Shown here: in pieces, positions 25,306 to 32,000 of the stretch | How positions within the stretch are numbered: position 1 is the stretch's first letter | How the letters are laid out: the number at the start of each line of letters is the position of its first letter | Assembly (NCBI GenBank): GCA_029856525.1 | Contig: JAHQXC010000004.1 | Span: forward strand, 1 to 32,000 | Direction of reading: 5' to 3' | DNA length: 32,000 nt | Source of the DNA: Candidatus Odinarchaeia archaeon | Lineage (GTDB): Archaea; Asgardarchaeota; Odinarchaeia; Odinarchaeales; Odinarchaeaceae | The notes under the pieces: model-generated | What the model was told of the DNA's origin: nothing | The model's database searches: none | Seen by the model: the letters and a program-made list of their open reading frames with translations, nothing else | Program-made: the position numbers and the translations under genes

Positions 25306-27105
25306 ATGGCGCGTATCGCTGTTTTAAAAAAATCTAGCTGTAAGTCTAGGGACTGCGGGAAACCTTGCATGACCTTCTGCCCAGGTGTTAGAATGGGTGA
25401 GGAGACTGTTAAATTCGAGGAAGGTTCAAAGTATCCTATTATATCAGAGGAGTTATGCAGCGGATGCGGTATATGCGTTAAGAAATGCCCTTTCAGAGCG
25501 ATCGCAATAGTTAATACCCCTGAAACGGTTGAAGAGGAGGCTTCTCATAGATATGGGGTTAATCAGTTTACGCTTTTCAGGCTTCCCATACCTAGACCTG
25601 GGAAGGTTCTAGGTATAATAGGTAGAAATGGAGCAGGTAAATCCACGGCTTTGAGAATACTCGCAGGTGAGATAAAACCTAACCTAGGTAATGTTCAAAA
25701 CCCCCCTGACTGGAATGAAATAATCCAGTTTTACAGGGGCTCCGAGCTTCAAGCGTATTTTGAAAAATTATCTAAAGGGGCTCTCAAAATAAGCTATAAA
25801 CCCCAGTATATTACGAATATACCTAAAGTTTACACTGGTATTGTAGGTGATTTAATAAGTAAGGTGGATGAACGTGGCGTTGCTGAAAAGTTGATGAAAG
25901 AGCTTTATTTAGAATCCATTTGGGGTAATCAGCTTTCAACTCTTTCAGGCGGTGAGCTTCAACGTGTAGCTATAGCTGCAACAATCGCTAAAGAAGCTGA
26001 AGTGTATCTTTTCGATGAACCTTCAAGTTATCTAGATATTTTTCAAAGAATTATAGCGGCTAAAATTATAAGAAGTTTAGCTGAAATCGGTAAAACTGTT
26101 ATCTGCGTGGAGCATGATTTAGCTGCCCTAGATTTTATAAGCGACTATACCTGTGTTATATTCGGTGAACCAGGCGTCTACGGTATTGTATCCCATCCCT
26201 ACGGTGTTAAAGAAGGGATAAACATTTTTTTAGACGGTTATCTTCCAGACGAGAATATCAGGTTTAGAGAGGAGAGTATCTCTTTCAGTAAAGCTCCTGC
26301 CATGCCTAAACTAGACTTGAAGACTACAGGTAGTTTACTAGAGTACAGCGGGTTTGAAATAAAATTAGACGGTTTTAAGCTTAAAGCTTCTAGCGGGGGT
26401 GTTAAAAAATCTGAGATTATAGGAATTTTAGGAGCTAACGGAATAGGTAAAACAACTTTCATAAAAGTTTTAGCCGGTTTACTTAAACCTGACACAGCTT
26501 TCACAGGAGTAGGCTCGCTGAAAATAAGCTATAAACCCCAGTATCTTGAAGGCGATTACACTGGTACTGTAAGAGAATTTCTTTTATCCGCTGCAGGCGC
26601 ATCTATCCTGGACTCTTCCGTTAAATCTAGTATAATCCATCCGTTGGAGCTTGAAGATTTAATGGATAAGTCTATTTCAATTTTAAGCGGCGGTGAACTT
26701 CAGAGAGTAGCTATAGCCGGGTGTCTTCTAAGAGACGCGGATATATATTTAATAGATGAGCCTAGCGCGTTTCTCGACGTTGAACAAAGGTTTGCAGCCG
26801 CTAAAACTATTAGGAGAATAGTGGAGTCTAAGAGTAAGGCTGCTTTTATAATAGAGCATGATCTTATCATGTGCGATTTAGTCTCGGATCGCTTAATAAT
26901 ATTTGAAGGCGAACCAGGCCGGCATGGACTAGCTAGTAGCCCTCAGGATATGCGTAGCGGAATGAACTCTTTCTTGAAAATGATGAATATAACGCTTAGA
27001 AGAGATGTTAAAACAGGTAGACCTAGAATAAATAAATTAGGGTCTAAACTCGACTCCGCGCAGAAATCGATAGGAGAATATTATTATGCGCCTGTAAAAA
27101 AATAA
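25306..27105 (+). CDS. rli: Ribosome recycling ATPase ABCE1/RLI
   Basis: N-terminal two-[4Fe-4S] ferredoxin Cys pattern, two ABC domains (GRNGAGKST, GANGIGKTT, LSGGELQR twice), GRPRINK..S C-terminus. Confidence 0.98.
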   Translation: MARIAVLKKSSCKSRDCGKPCMTFCPGVRMGEETVKFEEGSKYPIISEELCSGCGICVKKCPFRAIAIVNTPETVEEEASHRYGVNQFTLFRLPIPRPGKVLGIIGRNGAGKSTALRILAGEIKPNLGNVQNPPDWNEIIQFYRGSELQAYFEKLSKGALKISYKPQYITNIPKVYTGIVGDLISKVDERGVAEKLMKELYLESIWGNQLSTLSGGELQRVAIAATIAKEAEVYLFDEPSSYLDIFQRIIAAKIIRSLAEIGKTVICVEHDLAALDFISDYTCVIFGEPGVYGIVSHPYGVKEGINIFLDGYLPDENIRFREESISFSKAPAMPKLDLKTTGSLLEYSGFEIKLDGFKLKASSGGVKKSEIIGILGANGIGKTTFIKVLAGLLKPDTAFTGVGSLKISYKPQYLEGDYTGTVREFLLSAAGASILDSSVKSSIIHPLELEDLMDKSISILSGGELQRVAIAGCLLRDADIYLIDEPSAFLDVEQRFAAAKTIRRIVESKSKAAFIIEHDLIMCDLVSDRLIIFEGEPGRHGLASSPQDMRSGMNSFLKMMNITLRRDVKTGRPRINKLGSKLDSAQKSIGEYYYAPVKK

Positions 27106-27118
27106 AGGAGAGGAGGGT

Positions 27119-29089
27119 TTAGTCAGGTCCCTTATAGCCAACCGCGCTCTTTAACCCTTCAACACTCTCCGGGTTTTGAAGCGTCATAATGTTTCCTAAA
27201 GGCTCGTTTCTGACCAGCGCTCTGAGAACTCTTCTCATTATTTTACCACTTCTAGTCTTAGGCAGATCCTCTGCGAATATTATTTTCTCAGGTTTACCTG
27301 TCGGACCTATTCCTTTCACAACTTGATCGACAATCTCTTTCTCAAGTTGGGGGCTCGCTGTATAACCTGGTTTAAGTATTATGAAAGCTACAGGCGCTTC
27401 CCCTTTAATCTCGTGCGGCTGAGCTACCACCGCTGCTTCAGCTACAGCTGGATGCCCGCAGATAACACTTTCAAGCTCACCTGTTGAAAGCCTGTGGCCT
27501 GCAACCTTCATCACATCGTCGACTCTGCCTGTGATTCTAATATAACCGTCCTCCGTGTAGTATGCTCCGTCAGAGCTGAAATAGACTTTTCCACCGTACT
27601 CGCCGAAGTATGTTTTCTTATATTTCTCAGGGTCACCCCAAATAGTTCTTAGCATACCTGGTGCAAGTGGAGGTATCTGAACAAGGTAACCTGAATCTCC
27701 CTGAGCCGGTCTGTTACCTTTCTCATCATATATGTCGTGTTCAACACCTGGGAATGATCTGCAAGCCACGGTTGGAATAAACGGGCCGATACCTGGTATC
27801 GAGTTAATAATTGTACCACCTGTCTCCGTCTGCCACCATGTATCTGTTATCACGCAACGGCCGCCGCCGATTACATTAAAGTACCATAACCAAGCGTCTA
27901 AGTTTATCGGTTCACCTACAGAGCCTAGTACTCTAAGCGTGCTTAGATCATATTTCTTAACCCATTCATCACCCATTTTAATGAACATTCTAATCGCTGT
28001 CGGTGCTGTGTAGAAGATGTTAACCCCGTATTTCTCAATAATAGACCACCATCTACCCCAATCAGGTGTATCCGGCGCGCCTTCGTATATTACCTGGGTG
28101 CCACCGCATAGCAGGGGCCCATAGCAGGCGTATGTGTGACCTGTAACCCAGCCGATATCGGCGGTACACCAGTATATGTCTTCATCATGTAAGTCGAAAA
28201 CCCACTTAGTCGTTATATAAGCTTGGACAGCGTAGCCTCCTGTCGTGTGAACTACACCTTTAGGTTTCCCGGTTGTTCCACTAGTGTAGAGTATGAATAG
28301 AATATCTTCGCTATCCATCTGTTCAGGTTCACAGTAGTCGTCTGCTTCATTCATTAATTCATGATACCAGTAGTCTCTTCCATTCACCCAGTTGACTTCA
28401 TTACCAGCGCGTTTAACCACAACTACTTTTTCAATTGTAGTTCCAGCCACAGCTTCATCAGCGCTAGCTTTCAGATTTATCACTTTACCTCTTCTATAAT
28501 ATCCATCAGCTGTTATCAGAACCTTCGATTTAGCGTCTTCGATTCTATCTTTAAGCGATTGAGCGCTGAAAGCTGAGAAAACCACGCTGTGAGGGGCGCC
28601 TATTCTAGCACATGCCAGCATCGCTATGTGAACTTCAGGTATCATTGGAAGATAGATGCTTACCCTATCCCCTTTCTTCACACCTAGCTTTTTTAACGCG
28701 TTAGCGAATTTGTTAACTTCCCTGTAAAGATCATTGTATGTGAGTATTCTATTAGGTTCGTTTATAGGCTCAGGCTCCCATATGATCGCTGCTTTATTCC
28801 GCCTCCATGTTTCAACATGTCTGTCCACCGCATTATAGCAAACGTTTAGCTTACCCCCTATAAACCATTTGAAGAACGGTAGATTCTCCTCGTAGACTTT
28901 CTCGAATGGTTTAAACCATGTTATCACTTCTTTAGCTATATTCGCCCAGAAGCCTATTCTATCTTTTCTAGCTTTTTCATATATGGTTTCATCGCTCATA
29001 TTAGCGTATTTTTTAAGCTCTTCAGAAGGCCAGAAAACGTTTTCTCTCTTAGGATCTTTAACAACCCATTGAACACCCTTTCTAACCAT
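27119..29089 (-). CDS. acs: Acetyl-CoA synthetase (AMP-forming)
   Basis: YTSGTTGKPKG, ADIGWVTGH, GSVGEPIN, DTWWQTETGG, LPKTRSGKIMRR. Confidence 0.96.
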   Translation of the reverse strand: MVRKGVQWVVKDPKRENVFWPSEELKKYANMSDETIYEKARKDRIGFWANIAKEVITWFKPFEKVYEENLPFFKWFIGGKLNVCYNAVDRHVETWRRNKAAIIWEPEPINEPNRILTYNDLYREVNKFANALKKLGVKKGDRVSIYLPMIPEVHIAMLACARIGAPHSVVFSAFSAQSLKDRIEDAKSKVLITADGYYRRGKVINLKASADEAVAGTTIEKVVVVKRAGNEVNWVNGRDYWYHELMNEADDYCEPEQMDSEDILFILYTSGTTGKPKGVVHTTGGYAVQAYITTKWVFDLHDEDIYWCTADIGWVTGHTYACYGPLLCGGTQVIYEGAPDTPDWGRWWSIIEKYGVNIFYTAPTAIRMFIKMGDEWVKKYDLSTLRVLGSVGEPINLDAWLWYFNVIGGGRCVITDTWWQTETGGTIINSIPGIGPFIPTVACRSFPGVEHDIYDEKGNRPAQGDSGYLVQIPPLAPGMLRTIWGDPEKYKKTYFGEYGGKVYFSSDGAYYTEDGYIRITGRVDDVMKVAGHRLSTGELESVICGHPAVAEAAVVAQPHEIKGEAPVAFIILKPGYTASPQLEKEIVDQVVKGIGPTGKPEKIIFAEDLPKTRSGKIMRRVLRALVRNEPLGNIMTLQNPESVEGLKSAVGYKGPD

Positions 29090-29278
29090 TGAACCACCTC
29101 TAGTGAAAATGTTATTTCAGTTCAGTGTTAAAATATATTCCTATAAAAAGCTTTAGGGATTAAGTGAATGTACGATAGGGAACTTATTTTCCTATTAATG
29201 TTCCCGTATAAACGTAAAATTTATAATGTTAATATAGGTTAAAGTTTTGAGCTTAAGATAATCGATTCTGGTGTAGAC

Positions 29279-30415
29279 ATGAACAGCGACCAGGAGTCAT
29301 TTACCGCGATACTTGTATTAGAGGACGGCTCTATTTTCAGAGGCTTCAGTTTTGGTTGTAAAGGTGAATTCGAAGGCGAGGTTGTGTTTAATACAGGTAT
29401 GGTCGGCTACCCTGAGTCTCTTACAGATCCATCGTATCACGAACAGTTTTTATGTCTAACATATCCGCTGATAGGAAACTACGGAGTCCCCTCCTACGAT
29501 GTTTTCGAATATTCTCTTCCGAAATATTTTGAATCTGATAGAATCCAGGTTAAAGGATTAATAATAAGCGAGTTATGTTTTCAGCCAAGTCACTGGCTTT
29601 CTGTTAAAACTTTAAGTGAATGGTTGAGTGAGCAGGGTGTACCTGGAATATACGGGGTTGATACACGAGAGTTGACTAAAAAACTCCGTGAGAAAGGGGT
29701 TATGCTCGGTGTTCTTAAAACATTTAGTGAAGGGGATGAAGTGGACGAGTCGGAGTTGATTAAAAAAGCTGGGCGGATAAAGGATCCTAACGAGAGAAAT
29801 CTGGTAGCTGAGGTGAGTACTAAGAGAACTCTAATTTATAATAAAGGCGGTCGGCTGAGAGTGGTATTATACGACTGCGGTGTTAAATATAATATTATAA
29901 GATGCCTTGTGAAGAGGGGTGTTGAAGTTATACGTGTTCCATATGACACGCCATTCGATAAGGTTCTCGCGTATAAACCTCAAGGTGTATTACTGAGCAA
30001 CGGTCCGGGTGATCCTAAGAAAGTGTCTTCTCTAATTCTTAATGTTCGAAGACTTTTAGAAGCCGATATACCTATAATGGGTGTTTGTTTAGGAAATCAG
30101 ATTTTAGCTTTAAGCGGGGGAGCTGACACATATAAGTTAAAATACGGTCATAGGTCTCAGAATCAACCCTCCCTGAATGTTTTAAATAATAAATGTTATA
30201 TTACCAGTCAAAATCACGGCTACACTGTTTTAGAGAATACCTTGGATGAAACAGACTTTAAACCATGGTTTGTTAACGTTAACGACCATACTAATGAAGG
30301 TATAATAGATAAAACTGGCAGGGTTTTTGCAGCTCAATTCCACCCTGAGAATCATCCCGGTCCAGTTGACACTGAATTTATTTTCGACTTATTTGTAAAA
30401 AGAATGAGTGGTTAA
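29279..30415 (+). CDS. carA: Carbamoyl-phosphate synthase small subunit
   Basis: GEVVFNTGMVGY.ESLTDPSY, LSNGPGDP, GVCLGNQ, SQNHG, QFHPE. Confidence 0.97.
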   Translation: MNSDQESFTAILVLEDGSIFRGFSFGCKGEFEGEVVFNTGMVGYPESLTDPSYHEQFLCLTYPLIGNYGVPSYDVFEYSLPKYFESDRIQVKGLIISELCFQPSHWLSVKTLSEWLSEQGVPGIYGVDTRELTKKLREKGVMLGVLKTFSEGDEVDESELIKKAGRIKDPNERNLVAEVSTKRTLIYNKGGRLRVVLYDCGVKYNIIRCLVKRGVEVIRVPYDTPFDKVLAYKPQGVLLSNGPGDPKKVSSLILNVRRLLEADIPIMGVCLGNQILALSGGADTYKLKYGHRSQNQPSLNVLNNKCYITSQNHGYTVLENTLDETDFKPWFVNVNDHTNEGIIDKTGRVFAAQFHPENHPGPVDTEFIFDLFVKRMSG

Positions 30416-30417
30416 CC

Positions 30418-32000
30418 ATGCCTAAAATGGATTGGATTCATAAAACTCTGATACTGGGGAGCGGAGCTATTAGAATAGGTCAGGCTGGTGAATTCGATTA
30501 CTCAGGAAGTCAAGCTTTAAAAGCGCTTTCCGAGGAGGGTGTTGAAACAGTTTTAGTTAACCCTAACATCGCTACTATTCAAACAGATCCTAAGCTTGCC
30601 GGTAAAGTCTATCTTCTACCTTTAACCGCGGATTTTATTGAGAAAGTGATTGAGAGAGAACGGCCTGACAGTATTCTTCTAAGCTTCGGAGGTCAGACTG
30701 CTTTAAATGTAGGCGTAGAACTCGCTGAGAAAGGTATCTTAGACAAATACGGTGTTAAAGTTATAGGAACCCCTATTGAAGCCATTCAAATCACAGAGGA
30801 CCGCGACCTGTTTAAAAAAGCTATGTTTGAAGCCGGCGTTAACGTTTTAAAAAGCCAGGCGGCTGTGACAGTTGAGGAAGCTGTTAGAATAGCGGATGAG
30901 ATAGGTTACCCTGTTATAGTGAGGGTTGCCTATACTCTAGGAGGTAAAGGATCAGGTGTAGCTTTTAATAAAGAGGAATTATTAGAGATCGCTCAACGCG
31001 GTTTAAAACAGAGTAGAATCAGCCAGATACTCGTAGAGGAATATGTGGGTGGATGGAAGGAGATAGAATATGAGGTGGTCCGTGATAGAGATGATAATTG
31101 TATAATCGTATGCAACATGGAGAATTTTGATCCGATGGGTATACATACAGGTGAGTCTATAGTAGTAGCCCCATCTCAAACCCTCAACAACAATGAATAC
31201 CATGCTTTAAGAGAGGCTTCTATTCGAGCTGTGAGAAAAGTTGGAGTTATAGGAGAGTGTAATATTCAATACGCGCTTGACCCTAAATCTGAGAGATTCT
31301 ATGCTATAGAGATTAACGCCCGTCTGTCAAGGTCTTCAGCACTAGCCTCTAAGGCTACAGGTTACCCTCTCGCTTATATCGCTGCTAAACTCGCGTTAGG
31401 GTATACTCTGCCTGAATTAATCAACAAGGTTACGCTTAAAACCACAGCCTGCTTTGAGCCGGCTTTAGACTATATAACCGTGAAAATACCTAGATGGGAC
31501 CTACGTAAATTTCAGAATGTCAGCCGTATACTAGGCCCTCAGATGAAAAGTGTCGGCGAGGTTATGTCTATAGGTAGAAGCTTCGAGGAGGCGCTTCAAA
31601 AAGCTGTTAGAATGCTAGATATAGGTAGAATAGGGTTAGTCGCAAATAAAAGTGAGCCTAAGCTTACACGCGATGAAATAAAATACCGTTTAACTCACCC
31701 TACTGATGAGCGGCTTTTCGATATAGTAACCGCTTTAAAATCCGGGTTCACCGTTGGCGAGGTCAGCGAGCTGACTGGAATAGATTCATGGTTTATAACT
31801 AAAATAAAAAATATTATTGACTTAGAGCGTAAACTATCTAATTATAAAGGCAGAGTCTCCGAGAGAGATTTTAAACTGATAAAACTTTTAAGAGAGGCTA
31901 AGAAATCAGGGTTCTCAGATCTTCAATTAGCTAGAATTCTCGGAGACAGTGAGAGAAATATAAGGAGAATTCGTATAGAGCATGGTATAATCCCGTACGT
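30418..32000 (+). CDS. carB: Carbamoyl-phosphate synthase large subunit (partial, runs off the right edge; not in ORF track)
   Basis: ATG at 30418: MPKMDWIHKTLILGSGAIRIGQAGEFDYSGSQALKAL..., then CNMENFDPMGIHTGES and EINARLSRSSALASKATGYP. Confidence 0.97.
   Translation, partial: MPKMDWIHKTLILGSGAIRIGQAGEFDYSGSQALKALSEEGVETVLVNPNIATIQTDPKLAGKVYLLPLTADFIEKVIERERPDSILLSFGGQTALNVGVELAEKGILDKYGVKVIGTPIEAIQITEDRDLFKKAMFEAGVNVLKSQAAVTVEEAVRIADEIGYPVIVRVAYTLGGKGSGVAFNKEELLEIAQRGLKQSRISQILVEEYVGGWKEIEYEVVRDRDDNCIIVCNMENFDPMGIHTGESIVVAPSQTLNNNEYHALREASIRAVRKVGVIGECNIQYALDPKSERFYAIEINARLSRSSALASKATGYPLAYIAAKLALGYTLPELINKVTLKTTACFEPALDYITVKIPRWDLRKFQNVSRILGPQMKSVGEVMSIGRSFEEALQKAVRMLDIGRIGLVANKSEPKLTRDEIKYRLTHPTDERLFDIVTALKSGFTVGEVSELTGIDSWFITKIKNIIDLERKLSNYKGRVSERDFKLIKLLREAKKSGFSDLQLARILGDSERNIRRIRIEHGIIPY

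Overview
Archaeal chromosomal window, AT-rich and gene-dense. It is very probably from an Asgard archaeon: it has a longin-like protein, a Rab-like small GTPase and a roadblock/LC7 protein, alongside a GGGP synthase, Rpo12, aIF1 and RLI. Odinarchaeia is plausible but this is inference only. I count about 28 protein genes. Four of them (longin-like at the left edge, an 8-Cys microprotein, rpo12, carB at the right edge) are missing from the ORF track. Most are housekeeping genes (PolB1-type polymerase, map, tmk, PAC2, rli, acs, carAB), plus a transglutaminase-like/DUF4350/MoxR/DUF58 operon. Main observations: (1) a tRNA-Arg(CCG) gene split by two BHB-type introns, one at 37/38 and one in the T-loop at 59/60; (2) two copies of a ~137-bp TATA-bearing structured element ending in an IS200/IS605 right-end (TnpB omega-RNA-like) motif with no tnpA/tnpB in the window, plus weaker related hairpins; (3) a 399-aa intein with a decayed LAGLIDADG domain, inserted one residue from the classical Pol-b site; (4) a TrmB regulator directly coupled to a Rab-like GTPase; (5) several proteins with altered catalytic residues (TGase Cys->Ser, Tmk P-loop Lys->Thr, GH-like barrel without its Asp pair). 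All product calls come from motif recognition by eye; no database search was run.
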